DNA from: Escherichia phage ELT3
Sequence record: PQ368571
DNA: 64,000 nt
Reading direction: 5' to 3' (one strand)
In this document: positions 1-9,419 of the stretch, piece after piece
How the letters are laid out: each line of letters starts with the position of its first letter
Numbering within the stretch: position 1 is the stretch's first letter
Made by a program: the position numbers and the translations under genes
Notes under the pieces: generated by a model
Seen by the model: only the letters and a program-made list of their open reading frames with translations
What the model was told of the DNA's origin: nothing
Databases searched by the model: none

Positions 1-20
1 TTTTTTATTTTAAAAAGTTG

Positions 21-80
21 TTGACTTACAGAATCCAACATTGCATAATACTCCCATTCCAAACAAAAGGAGAATCAAAG
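21..80 (+). promoter_or_regulatory. Early promoter cassette (TTGACT-N17-CATAAT) with conserved leader and RBS AGGAGAATCA before ATG at 81
   Basis: -35 at 21-26, -10 at 44-49; leader 'ccaaacaaaaggagaatcaaag' shared with other cassettes in window. Confidence 0.6.
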
Positions 81-353
81 ATGAACAACGAAAACAGCAA
101 AGTGTTAGCAATTGCAAATAAAGTAGGTTACTGGAAATGCTGGGATGATATGGAGAAATTAGGCGGTCGCTATCTCGATAACTTAGAGTTGCATTATTGC
201 CAAGCGCGTAATGCAGAAGTTGCGGGAGTAGCAATTGAAGATATTCCGTCTAAAGTCTTCGGATTCTCTAAAGATGATACTCTAGAATATGTTTTCAAGG
301 ATGTTATGGATCAAGCATGGGAAGACGCAGAGACACGCGCTCTTGATTGGTGA
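81..353 (+). CDS. hypothetical early protein (90 aa)
   Basis: ORF begins at ATG directly after conserved leader/RBS; the upstream in-frame extension in the ORF track overlaps the promoter. Confidence 0.55.
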   Translation: MNNENSKVLAIANKVGYWKCWDDMEKLGGRYLDNLELHYCQARNAEVAGVAIEDIPSKVFGFSKDDTLEYVFKDVMDQAWEDAETRALDW

Positions 354-357
354 TAAT

Positions 358-519
358 ATGAACTGGTATAAAATTTGGAAAAATCAGGTGGAGGCTTATC
401 TAGGGTATAAGCCCACCGACAAAGAATTACTTGATGCAATGTACGAAGACGGACTAAATCCGAAAGTAGCCGCGCAAGAATACGCGGAATGGGTGAAGGT
501 CGAAAATAATTTAAAATAG
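358..519 (+). CDS. hypothetical small protein (53 aa)
   Basis: ATG 4 nt after stop of preceding ORF; track ORF 289..519 trimmed to this internal Met. Confidence 0.35.
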   Translation: MNWYKIWKNQVEAYLGYKPTDKELLDAMYEDGLNPKVAAQEYAEWVKVENNLK

Positions 520-522
520 TTG

Positions 523-580
523 TTGACGTAAAGAAATGGGAGTAGTATTATACTCCCATACCAAACGAAAGGAGAATCAC
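523..580 (+). promoter_or_regulatory. PeSL-like early promoter cassette (-35 TTGACG, stem-loop GGGAGTA/TACTCCC enclosing -10 TATTAT, conserved leader)
   Basis: Inverted repeat gggagtagtattatactccc between -35 and ATG at 581. Confidence 0.65.
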
Positions 581-793
581 ATGAAATCTATCGAGCAAGT
601 AGTAACAGAGTTTATGAGCTACGAAGGAAACCGCATCTTTGGACGTTCTCAAGTTCGCGAGATCGTGGAAGAGGTCTCTGGAGAGTTTGCGGAATCTGGT
701 CACGTTATCACGCAAGAACGTAAAGAAGAAGCAGTAAACCAGATCATGGCTATGCAGAAAATGCGTATTAATGCACGAGCGGGTAAAAATTAA
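581..793 (+). CDS. hypothetical early protein (70 aa)
   Basis: ORF following cassette leader and RBS. Confidence 0.55.
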   Translation: MKSIEQVVTEFMSYEGNRIFGRSQVREIVEEVSGEFAESGHVITQERKEEAVNQIMAMQKMRINARAGKN

Positions 794-800
794 AAAGTAG

Positions 801-862
801 TTGACACCGGATTAAGGGAGTAGTAAGATACTCCCATCAAGAAAAACATTGAGGAATATATT
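801..862 (+). promoter_or_regulatory. PeSL-like early promoter cassette (TTGACA-N17-TAAGAT within stem-loop gggagtagtaagatactccc)
   Basis: Same stem-loop sequence recurs at 26690 and 35913. Confidence 0.65.
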
Positions 863-1663
863 ATGAAAAACATTATCGCTGCTATCGTTCTTTCTGCTAC
901 TGCTTTCGGTGCTAACGCTGCGTCCTTTGATTGCGCTAAAGCGACTACCAAATCAGAGAAGTTTATTTGTGCTAACGAGTCTATCTCCGCACTGGATTCG
1001 AAACTTCATGAAGTATATGTTAAGGCTGTTAAGATTGATCCGTCTCTGAAACAAGAGCAACGCAACTGGAATAAAACTGTTCGTGACACAATGATCAATA
1101 TCGGGCAGATTCAGCCACTGGAGGCTGTATACAACGCTCAAATTCAAAACTTGATGAGTGTATTATCTAAAGAAGAAACCGCGTCAGGGAGCGTTTCAGA
1201 GACTTCTGCGAAGGTTGAAGAAGAACAACCGAAACAGGAAGAAAAAGTGGTGGAAGAACAGAAGAAAGAAGAGAAAATCTCTGGGTCTATCACTTACCAG
1301 TGCATTGCAAAATTTACATGGAAAATCATTGATGGTATTGAAACAGACAGCCGCAAAGATCCATTGTATGGCAACTCTACTTATGGCAACAAGGGCGGCA
1401 AGCTGAAAATGACCATGACCGAAGGTGAATTGTCTTCTTTCGTATATGTTGATGAGCGCGAAGTGTTTAAATCAAATCTGACACGCAGCAAACAATATAA
1501 AAATATGGTTGTTGGTATGAGCAAACCGGATGTAGCAGGATACTTCAACGAGTACAAAATGTGGGTAGGGGAAAACGATGAAATCCGCTTTGAAGTCATC
1601 GAGAAAGGTCGCATTAGCTATGATTATGGTACTCAATATGTTTGTGAATATAAGAAGGGTTAA
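863..1663 (+). CDS. secreted/periplasmic protein with N-terminal signal peptide and DUF1311 (LprI N-terminal)-like domain
   Basis: N-terminus MKNIIAAIVLSATAFGANA is signal-peptide-like; 'FDCAKATTKSEKFICANESISALDSKLHEVY...QRNW' fits the C..A.T..E..IC...LD..L..Y...QR.W pattern of DUF1311. Confidence 0.5.
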   Translation: MKNIIAAIVLSATAFGANAASFDCAKATTKSEKFICANESISALDSKLHEVYVKAVKIDPSLKQEQRNWNKTVRDTMINIGQIQPLEAVYNAQIQNLMSVLSKEETASGSVSETSAKVEEEQPKQEEKVVEEQKKEEKISGSITYQCIAKFTWKIIDGIETDSRKDPLYGNSTYGNKGGKLKMTMTEGELSSFVYVDEREVFKSNLTRSKQYKNMVVGMSKPDVAGYFNEYKMWVGENDEIRFEVIEKGRISYDYGTQYVCEYKKG

Positions 1664-1945
1664 ATGATGAAATTTAACAACATGAAGTTTAAAAAAGATT
1701 GGTGGGATGCTATGAGAGCTAACGACCGGATCGGAATTGGAAAGGCAGAAAAGACAGTTGTTATTGTCAAGTATAAAGCGACGCAAGATCTTTTGATTAA
1801 GGAACTCATTCGAGCGGGTAACTATCAAACACCGGAAGGTCTTATCGACATGATGGTTGATAACATGTATAGTGACGAACCACCAAACATTAAACAATTT
1901 TACAAGAAGTATTACCGAAAGTGGCAGAAGTACAACCGAAAATAA
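1664..1945 (+). CDS. hypothetical protein (93 aa)
   Basis: ORF contiguous with the preceding gene in the same transcription direction. Confidence 0.4.
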   Translation: MMKFNNMKFKKDWWDAMRANDRIGIGKAEKTVVIVKYKATQDLLIKELIRAGNYQTPEGLIDMMVDNMYSDEPPNIKQFYKKYYRKWQKYNRK

Positions 1946-1968
1946 GTTGTTGACGTGAGGATTATATT

Positions 1969-2160
1969 ATGGTAATTTTTAATCGCGATGGTATCATAGT
2001 TCGGCAGCACCCATTCCTTGAATACTATCAGGTTGAACAATGGGGATATGGGGATTGCTCGCGCTCATATGGTCAAAGCTGGGGATACCGGACAGTTTTT
2101 GAATCAACTAATATTGACAAAGTACGACAGAAAGTTTTAGAGCTTCTTAACGATAAGTGA
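1969..2160 (+). CDS. hypothetical protein (63 aa)
   Basis: ORF with RBS GTGAGGA upstream of ATG. Confidence 0.4.
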   Translation: MVIFNRDGIIVRQHPFLEYYQVEQWGYGDCSRSYGQSWGYRTVFESTNIDKVRQKVLELLNDK

Positions 2161-2170
2161 GGATTACATC

Positions 2171-2539
2171 ATGGAAATTCAAAACAATTACGAAAAATGT
2201 GTTATTATCAATGATTTGCAACGTCAATTGCATCATTACGAAACCGATTATAAAACAGCAACCAAAACCGGAAAGCTGAAAGTGTGGGAAGTATGGTATA
2301 ACCGGAACTATCTGGGAAGCATCCACAAACTTGATCGCAGTGATGTTTATACAATGCATGTAGGTGCTTGTGGTGAATCGGATGTAGCATCTAATTTCAT
2401 GGAAGCACTTGCATTCTATGTAGAATATCTGGTAGACTATATCGAGTTGGAAGAGGAAGTGGTAGAATTGCTTCCTCCACCGGAAGAAGCACCGGAAGCA
2501 ACGATCCTGAAAGCATTAAAGAAAATCTTTGTTAAGTGA
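2171..2539 (+). CDS. hypothetical protein (122 aa)
   Basis: ORF with RBS GAGGA; acidic C-terminal tail. Confidence 0.45.
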   Translation: MEIQNNYEKCVIINDLQRQLHHYETDYKTATKTGKLKVWEVWYNRNYLGSIHKLDRSDVYTMHVGACGESDVASNFMEALAFYVEYLVDYIELEEEVVELLPPPEEAPEATILKALKKIFVK

Positions 2540-2547
2540 GGTGAACT

Positions 2548-2880
2548 ATGAAAAATGTACTGATTGTGTGGGAACTGATTCCAGAAACTACTGAATTATA
2601 CATGGTACAGGTTGACAATAAAGAATTTGAAATTCTGAAACGCGTCAACTGCAAATATATTAACATTGATGACATGACCCCAGAAATGGACTATGTAAAC
2701 TATGCTCTCATGCAGCCTAGTTGGATTATGGATGAAACTAAAGCAGACGCCGAATCGCTGGGTGTACCGGAAGAAGTATTAGCGAAATGGCATCAATTCA
2801 AAGTTGAAATAAAAGAGGGCGAACCGTTTATTCCTAGCGGTATGATCGATGCGGTGATCGTAACAGGTTTTCATCTGTAA
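2548..2880 (+). CDS. hypothetical protein (110 aa)
   Basis: ORF with RBS GAGGTG upstream. Confidence 0.45.
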   Translation: MKNVLIVWELIPETTELYMVQVDNKEFEILKRVNCKYINIDDMTPEMDYVNYALMQPSWIMDETKADAESLGVPEEVLAKWHQFKVEIKEGEPFIPSGMIDAVIVTGFHL

Positions 2881-2892
2881 GGGTATTCTATA

Positions 2893-3225
2893 ATGTTTAA
2901 CTTTGATCAATATGAATCATGGAAGGCGACCGAATTGAAAGAGGCAGCGCGGTTAATCACACCGCGTCTTTATCCGGTGTTGTTTAGCGCCGATAAAGTA
3001 ACAAGGGAAGTAAACGAGGCGCTATCGGCTTTAGGCTATCTGATCGATAAAGTAGAGAAAACATCGGTATTCACAAATAGCGTAGAATATACCCGGTATC
3101 GAGTGTTTTTAGATTCCTTGCTCGTTGTTATTAAGGCACTAAATGATCATAACTACACCATGAACATGACGAAAATAATCGACGAAGCAAGAATTATGAC
3201 AGAGAATATTTTCGGTAAATTTTGA
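2893..3225 (+). CDS. hypothetical protein, paralog of 3334..3663
   Basis: Shares length and C-terminal motif (ENIFGKF / ENVYGKFPE) with the neighbouring ORF. Confidence 0.5.
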   Translation: MFNFDQYESWKATELKEAARLITPRLYPVLFSADKVTREVNEALSALGYLIDKVEKTSVFTNSVEYTRYRVFLDSLLVVIKALNDHNYTMNMTKIIDEARIMTENIFGKF

Positions 3226-3333
3226 TTATGAAAGATGATGAATCGTTGAAAATTGCACTGGTTATGATATTACAAGGTATAGAATTAGCAAACCACGAAA
3301 AAATGTTGAAACAACAGCGTGAAATTATGAGAG

Positions 3334-3663
3334 GTGATTATGATCGAGTTTGAAATTGACAACTTTCACGAAAAAGCAGAAGACCTAACCAAAATTTTGA
3401 TTAGTCGAGGTGCATATAATACGAAAGATATTATAAAAGAAGTTAATGTAGCGATGGACGCGATCCGAAAGGAATTTAAACATATTTCAGCGATTGGAGA
3501 AAATGGTCATCTTGAAGATGTTGAGCTGGTAGCACTGCGACGCTATTACTTCTTTGTTGATTGCATCATTGATCTAGCTAAAAATTATAGTCATTACATG
3601 AAAGATATTGTAAAAGATGCACGTAAGCTGGCAGAGAATGTTTACGGGAAGTTTCCAGAATGA
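3334..3663 (+). CDS. hypothetical protein, paralog of 2893..3225
   Basis: Tandem paralog; RBS GAGAGGTG upstream. Confidence 0.5.
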   Translation: MIMIEFEIDNFHEKAEDLTKILISRGAYNTKDIIKEVNVAMDAIRKEFKHISAIGENGHLEDVELVALRRYYFFVDCIIDLAKNYSHYMKDIVKDARKLAENVYGKFPE

Positions 3664-3908
3664 AATTAGAACAAGCGATTGTATACTTTGAGATGGGCTA
3701 TGATATTGCTCGTGTGGAGTGGGAAGACGGTGATTTTGTCCGATTGATTGATCTTCCAGAAACAGCTATTGCACTGGTCAAAGTAGAAAACGGCATACAA
3801 CGCAATTACGCGTTTTCTGACGAAGACAAACAAGCCAATGACTGGTACGCTACCTGTTTTCATCATACAGCGTCAAAATGCGATTCAGGCGCGTCTATGC
3901 GCCAATAA
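3660..3908 (+). CDS. hypothetical protein (82 aa)
   Basis: Start overlaps preceding stop (ATGA), suggesting translational coupling. Confidence 0.45.
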   Translation: MKLEQAIVYFEMGYDIARVEWEDGDFVRLIDLPETAIALVKVENGIQRNYAFSDEDKQANDWYATCFHHTASKCDSGASMRQ

Positions 3909-3912
3909 AAAG

Positions 3913-3938
3913 AAGGGGAGGCCGAAAGGCTTCCCCTT
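3913..3938. terminator. Bidirectional intrinsic terminator hairpin between convergent genes
   Basis: aaggggaggccgaaaggcttcccctt flanked by A/T runs on both sides. Confidence 0.55.
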
Positions 3939-3942
3939 TAAG

Positions 3943-4599
3943 TTATCTAATCCTTCCGAGGATTCTGGCAGATTGATTGCAAAGAGTATCTAAATTCTCA
4001 ATGTCAATATCCGGTTTATTCTTCCATGAAATGGCGATACTACCAGAATAGACATTATCGAGATTGAATATAGGACAAGAATACATGAAACCTATATCGA
4101 TATTCTCTAATTTCTTTTCTCTTGATGGAATATACTGGAAATCTTTATCGGTAAAATATGATTTACCTAAAAGATGCCTACGATATTCTTCACTCGTTTT
4201 ATTGATAGGGAATCCGCCTAAATTTTTTTCATCGATTGTGTGTGGTAGCTTTCCTTCATATGCCACCAAATCAACAAAATAGTTTAGGTTTTTCGGACGA
4301 AAACTAAAAACAGCAGAAAAATCGGCATCAGCCGACACATGAACTATCTGTAACTGCTCCTGTGCTGCATTATCAAAATTGCGGTCTTTCTCTACCTGGA
4401 GAATGTGAGCATAAGTCTCATAACGAGTCTCTTTATAAAGCGCAAATAACTCGTTTTTACTATAAACGACAAATGCCAATATGGACAACACGACGGCAGC
4501 AAAAACACGAAGTACGAGCAACTCCGTGCTTTTAGTTGTGAAAATAGCGCGCAGGACATTTGAGATAGCAAAGTCTTTCCCTTTTTCAGAAACTTGCAT
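3943..4599 (-). CDS. t: holin (T4 gene t homolog)
   Basis: 218 aa, same length as T4 T; strong similarity to T4 holin as recalled (e.g. LEQLQIVHVSADADFSAVFSFRPKNLNYFVDLVAYEGKLP, CNQSARILGR); positioned after the tail fibre genes as in T4. Confidence 0.85.
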   Translation of the reverse strand: MQVSEKGKDFAISNVLRAIFTTKSTELLVLRVFAAVVLSILAFVVYSKNELFALYKETRYETYAHILQVEKDRNFDNAAQEQLQIVHVSADADFSAVFSFRPKNLNYFVDLVAYEGKLPHTIDEKNLGGFPINKTSEEYRRHLLGKSYFTDKDFQYIPSREKKLENIDIGFMYSCPIFNLDNVYSGSIAISWKNKPDIDIENLDTLCNQSARILGRIR

Positions 4600-4632
4600 A
4601 TAATGCCCTAAGATAACTATGACAGTGTACTC

Positions 4633-4872
4633 TTATTTAGGTAGTTGACTATCACCGGGTTTATCTTGCTCGTTACTATCTTCCGACTGATCTTTATTAA
4701 ACTCCTTATAAAGTTCTTCCACAAAACGATCATCAATTGGCGTATTGGTATAGGCCGCAAGACGACGAGCGCAATAGAAGAAAATTTTAGTGAGCATCTT
4801 TTCACTAATTAACTTTGACAATAATTTCATTCCGAAATTAGACAAAGCACCAATGACGATATTATAGACCAT
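4633..4872 (-). CDS. small protein with hydrophobic N-terminus and acidic C-terminus, between gene 37 and holin
   Basis: 79-aa ORF; sits where T4 has gene 38 but is far too small and unlike gp38. Confidence 0.35.
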   Translation of the reverse strand: MVYNIVIGALSNFGMKLLSKLISEKMLTKIFFYCARRLAAYTNTPIDDRFVEELYKEFNKDQSEDSNEQDKPGDSQLPK

Positions 4873-4912
4873 AGCCGTTTCTCCTTAGTAGTTCCCTTCC
4901 CTGGGAGTTTCC

Positions 4913-7858
4913 TTAATTCTTTTTAAGTTCCGCTAGTTCAGCTTTAACGGCTTTCAATTCTTCGCTCATTTCCTGAAACGCCTTAATTAAAAGAGCGTTG
5001 ACAGCAGAGTTAGAAATTGTTAAGATCTCTTCTGGCTTATCAGGATCGCCGATCTTAGAAGTTGTTACTGCTTCCGGCAATTCTTTTTCAAGATCCTGAG
5101 CAATAATACCAACTTCATGAGCGATAACAGTGCGGTCCGTCAAAGACTTAACCTTATCGTAGGTGTACACAGTCAAGCGATTAACTTTATCGGTGGCATT
5201 CTCCTTATACTCTTCCTTATTGATTTTAAGGCGAGCATCAGAACGAATATAAACATCGTTAAAGCTACCATTACGGCTTGCCTGGAAGTCACCGCTCGCA
5301 CTATGGTCAAAAGTTGCATCATTAACATGTAGACGCGCCAATGCGTTTGCTATATTTCCACCTGAAACGTGAATACCCATAGCTGCAATGTGGAATTTGC
5401 CCCAATGTGTCGCTTTCCACACGTTATGTGCAGAGTTTTCGGTATTCTGACAATCAACCAATAAGCCAGCAGCACGGTCTCTCCATTGTGTCCAAGCACC
5501 ACCTTGAACTTGTCCGCGAATCAAACCGTTACCAGATCCACTAACAGTAGCACTAGTTCCTAATTGGATCGTCTTATTGCCAAATATCCAATCTTGAGTT
5601 TGTTTTTGACCACGGAAACGAATAACGCCGTTGTCGTCACAATAAATCAAACCCAATTCTAAGCCGTCAGGATCTCTAAACCAGATGTGCTTATTGCCAG
5701 TGCGACGAAACTCAATGTCTGGTCCAGTTATCTTAATATTACCGGAAGTCTCAAAACCCTGAGATTGAACTTTCCCGTTAACATTGAATATAATCTCATT
5801 TGTTCCCGGACCGCCTGGACGTTGGGTATACCAATGCCACCCGCTTTCATCGCCGCATTCAAATATTTGTTTACGACTATCGTTACCCCATACACGTAGA
5901 GTAAACGTAGATGTGGCGGTCCCTTTACCCCATTTAATTTGACCAGCAGATTCCAAATCACCGAAAAATTTAGTTTTAATCGCACCAGTTGATAAAGTAC
6001 GTTCAGTGGTAAAATGTGCGCCCTGACTGTCTTCAATCTGTAGGATGTTATCGCGACCGTTATTGCTATCACCCCAATGGTTAAACCGGAAGTAATCGCG
6101 GGAATTTAATCGCCCAGCGTCGAAAGTCAAATGCCCTTTCTTAATGTAAACGTCATTACTAAAGCGAGCGGCACGAGAAGCACGTTCTAACGTTAATGCT
6201 TCTTCGTTACCATCACCGCCTAATTGAACGTTACCGGAAGTTAAATCATAAATGAATGGACGATAGGCATTCCATCCACCATACTTATCATTTTCAGCAG
6301 TAGAAAGAAGATAAACTTTAGTGCCGTCATTACGCCAGAATGCACCGTAATTACCAAAGATCATACGGTATGCATCAGAGTTAGCGGAATAATATTGACC
6401 ATTGGTATATACAATTTTGGTTGCACCTGTTCTGAAAGATATTTGACCAGATGTTTCTAGAACAGCACTGTTTTGTCCAATATCATTATTCCACACAATA
6501 GCATCACTAGTACCATCCGCATGACCGATATAACCACTACGTTGGTTTTTACCATCACGACGATCCCACCACGCCATATATGCAGCTTGACCAGTCTGGC
6601 GATGTAAAGTCATCGCATTACCACTACCATGCAATTCCATTTTACCAGTAATTACATATCCTTTATAGCTACCAGGTATAGCACTATTAGAATCAACTCT
6701 AAGAACTTCCGTAGAATCTGTAGCACCAGTAGCAAGACGATATACAGCACCCTGAATGGTTTCATGCCAAACCATTTCGTTATAGTTGCTACGGAATTTA
6801 CGAATATATTTTCGTCCAGTACCTCTATCATTACTCATGTGAACAATATCATAACTATTTTGTGTGTTGTCGTCAAAACTCAACACACCTCGTTTGTTTT
6901 CGGTGTTAAAAAGAGTTACCGCGCGACCGCCAATAACATTATCACCAACAGGACGATCAACAACAAAGTCTGGAACGTCATGAACTACCAGATTAACACC
7001 AACACTTTTACCAAATTCAACAATAACGTTATCAGTGTAACGCTGATATTTCACATAGATATCATAGTTATCACCAGAAGTATTAACAGCCAAAACATCA
7101 AATGATTTGTTTGTATTTCGGCGGTATGCAATAACGTTAACACCTTTAGGGCGACCATTTCCACTGCGAATAACAATTTCTACAATATCAACTTGATCGT
7201 ATGCAGTAACGTTATATCCGTTACCACCATGAATACGGAAAAATACGCTAAGACCGTTTTGTGGAATCATTGCAGTTGCTAATTTAAAATAGCCTTCAAC
7301 GATATCACTAGAAGATGTAGCAAGTTTAACGTTCTTAACAAACATGCGGTCAACTTCTTGCTTGCTATAAACGTTCAATTCTCCTGGAGTTGGTTTATCA
7401 CCTTCGTGATATACCTTATAGCTAAATGCTTTTTGACCTTCTTTATTATAGCCATAAGTTTCTACACGCGATCCAGTGTGTCCATACTGGAAAGTAAATC
7501 CTCGACCATGCTGAACACCAGTAGGATGAGGAACGTTTAGCGTTAGTTCTAGAAAACCATCAAGACCATTGGTACGGAAAGCGCCAAAGTAGTTAAGATC
7601 TCGCGCTGTCTGATCTTCCAGATAATTGGCGGTTTTACTTAAAATATAATTATTTCCTTTAACCTTACCTGCCATTGTAACATCGCGGTCATAAACCGGA
7701 GGACAACTTAAATTGATAATAGCACCGGAATCATTTTTAGTAAGAAGATATTGATCCGCAAGGTTGATTGCCAATTCCCCCGGATTCATCGTACTAGCAT
7801 CAGGTTTACGACCTTTAGTGCTAGTGCGTTTAAATTGGATTCTGCTTAAATCTGCCAT
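4913..7858 (-). CDS. 37: long tail fibre distal subunit gp37 with C-terminal intramolecular-chaperone (peptidase S74-like) domain
   Basis: 981 aa; N-terminus MADLSRIQFKRTSTKGRKPDAS...GELAINL resembles T4 gp37 N-terminus; C-terminus has SDARLK...IAQDLEKELPEAV...ALLIKAFQEMSEELKAVKAELAELKK typical of auto-cleaving fibre chaperone domains; synteny 34-35-36-37. Confidence 0.8.
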   Translation of the reverse strand: MADLSRIQFKRTSTKGRKPDASTMNPGELAINLADQYLLTKNDSGAIINLSCPPVYDRDVTMAGKVKGNNYILSKTANYLEDQTARDLNYFGAFRTNGLDGFLELTLNVPHPTGVQHGRGFTFQYGHTGSRVETYGYNKEGQKAFSYKVYHEGDKPTPGELNVYSKQEVDRMFVKNVKLATSSSDIVEGYFKLATAMIPQNGLSVFFRIHGGNGYNVTAYDQVDIVEIVIRSGNGRPKGVNVIAYRRNTNKSFDVLAVNTSGDNYDIYVKYQRYTDNVIVEFGKSVGVNLVVHDVPDFVVDRPVGDNVIGGRAVTLFNTENKRGVLSFDDNTQNSYDIVHMSNDRGTGRKYIRKFRSNYNEMVWHETIQGAVYRLATGATDSTEVLRVDSNSAIPGSYKGYVITGKMELHGSGNAMTLHRQTGQAAYMAWWDRRDGKNQRSGYIGHADGTSDAIVWNNDIGQNSAVLETSGQISFRTGATKIVYTNGQYYSANSDAYRMIFGNYGAFWRNDGTKVYLLSTAENDKYGGWNAYRPFIYDLTSGNVQLGGDGNEEALTLERASRAARFSNDVYIKKGHLTFDAGRLNSRDYFRFNHWGDSNNGRDNILQIEDSQGAHFTTERTLSTGAIKTKFFGDLESAGQIKWGKGTATSTFTLRVWGNDSRKQIFECGDESGWHWYTQRPGGPGTNEIIFNVNGKVQSQGFETSGNIKITGPDIEFRRTGNKHIWFRDPDGLELGLIYCDDNGVIRFRGQKQTQDWIFGNKTIQLGTSATVSGSGNGLIRGQVQGGAWTQWRDRAAGLLVDCQNTENSAHNVWKATHWGKFHIAAMGIHVSGGNIANALARLHVNDATFDHSASGDFQASRNGSFNDVYIRSDARLKINKEEYKENATDKVNRLTVYTYDKVKSLTDRTVIAHEVGIIAQDLEKELPEAVTTSKIGDPDKPEEILTISNSAVNALLIKAFQEMSEELKAVKAELAELKKN

Positions 7859-7904
7859 TTTATAAAATCCTTAAACGGTTATTAGAATAATATTATTTAG
7901 AAAA

Positions 7905-7923
7905 GCGGGGAGATAATCCCCGC
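7905..7923 (-). terminator. Stem-loop between genes 36 and 37 (weak U-tract)
   Basis: gcggggagataatccccgc hairpin. Confidence 0.3.
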
Positions 7924-7928
7924 TAAAA

Positions 7929-9419
7929 TTAGAAAGTACCAAAATCAATCACCGCATTAAGTGGAACCGCTCCAACATCAGCCGGAGTAGGTTTATTACC
8001 TTCATGATAAAGCTGATATCGGTCCACGGTTTGAGTATTGTTTCGAGAACGGAAAAACACGACCTTTGAGTCGTGGGTGATCCCCAGCTTTTCGGTCCCT
8101 TTAATATCACTAATACGGTGAATCATAGCAGTACCATCAGCACTATTTAACCCGGCATAGTAGTTATCACCATTATATGCACCTCTAGCCGTTCTAACAC
8201 CGTTTACAGCCGGAACAGTTAACGGTCCTGTCATGGTATCGCCAGTGACGTTAACATAGCGAATATCTGCTAATTTACGGTGATCTACATAGTTCCATGC
8301 AGTCCATGATTCATTAGAACACGAACGCCAGCACATCGGATGGTCAATAGATTCAGGATAATACACCTGAACAATTCGACGAGTACCAACAGCATCTTCT
8401 GGGCGATATACCATCAAAACGCCGTTATAATAGCTATCAGACGGTTTATTAGTACCCGACCCAGCATTTTCCACACGATAGATACCGCGATTAATAAGAG
8501 TGTTCCAATCAACGTTTCCAATGATGGTTGGATTTGCCACCATTGATTTTCTCTCAAAGTAGCTCAAACGAACCAATTCATTAGGACCAACAGGATCGTT
8601 TGTCGCCAACATTCTAGGCGCTTGCAAGTTACCTTCCATAATATCACCAGCACGTTTAACCTGTGCATCATTGGTGACATTACCTAGTCCAACATCGGCT
8701 TTAGTTGGTTTATTGTTGGTGTGATAAAAACGACCTTCTTTGCCATTAACAAAAATGGTAGGCTCATCTTTACTTCGGAAGACCAACGTGTCAAGAACGT
8801 TACCATAATAGATCTTAGTCGCATCAAAATTAATTAAATCACGTTCCCTTGCAATTAATTTAGAATCAACCGATAGTTTAACAGTGACAGTGTTTAAATT
8901 ATACGTTCCTGAGAGAGTATCACCGCGACGGGAAACTAAATCCAAATCATTATTCGTTGGTTTATTAACAGGGCTATAGACTCGTTGACCTGTGTCTTTA
9001 ATGGTTGCCCCTTCGATAGTCCCTTTAGACTTAAATTCGCCCGTTGTGGTGTCAATATACGCCATGATAACGCCATCACGGGCATTAACAAAGCCAATTG
9101 ACTTCCATGAATGCAAACCCCAGCTTACACCGTCAAAATTAGCAGCATCGCTCTGTCCTTTAAAAATACCGTTCTTTTTGGTTTCTCCAGCCGATGCACT
9201 ACCTACGCTTAAACCTTCCTCAAAATGAACTTGCTTTTGAAATGTACCACCTTCGGATGCACTAACAGCATCAAAATCGGTAGCCAACGGTTTATCAAAA
9301 GCGGTATAGATTTTATGACCTTTGTAGAAAAGCTGATCCCCCGCTGGCTGGATCGTCAAGTTTCCTTGCGTCCAAATGGGAGATCCACCTACAGTAGATC
9401 CATATTTCAAATCTGCCAT
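7929..9419 (-). CDS. 36: long tail fibre hinge/distal connector gp36 (extended, 496 aa)
   Basis: N-terminus MADLKYGSTVGGSPIWTQGN matches T4 gp36 N-terminus as recalled; synteny. Confidence 0.75.
   Translation of the reverse strand: MADLKYGSTVGGSPIWTQGNLTIQPAGDQLFYKGHKIYTAFDKPLATDFDAVSASEGGTFQKQVHFEEGLSVGSASAGETKKNGIFKGQSDAANFDGVSWGLHSWKSIGFVNARDGVIMAYIDTTTGEFKSKGTIEGATIKDTGQRVYSPVNKPTNNDLDLVSRRGDTLSGTYNLNTVTVKLSVDSKLIARERDLINFDATKIYYGNVLDTLVFRSKDEPTIFVNGKEGRFYHTNNKPTKADVGLGNVTNDAQVKRAGDIMEGNLQAPRMLATNDPVGPNELVRLSYFERKSMVANPTIIGNVDWNTLINRGIYRVENAGSGTNKPSDSYYNGVLMVYRPEDAVGTRRIVQVYYPESIDHPMCWRSCSNESWTAWNYVDHRKLADIRYVNVTGDTMTGPLTVPAVNGVRTARGAYNGDNYYAGLNSADGTAMIHRISDIKGTEKLGITHDSKVVFFRSRNNTQTVDRYQLYHEGNKPTPADVGAVPLNAVIDFGTF

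Noticed and set aside
5117-7105. Plus-strand ORFs inside gene 37 (5117, 5687, 6629)
   Set aside because: Antisense shadow ORFs within a long, well-supported minus-strand gene.
7859-7900. Late promoter for gene 37
   Set aside because: Only near-matches (TATAAAA, CTAAATAA) to TATAAATA are present, so no promoter feature was called.
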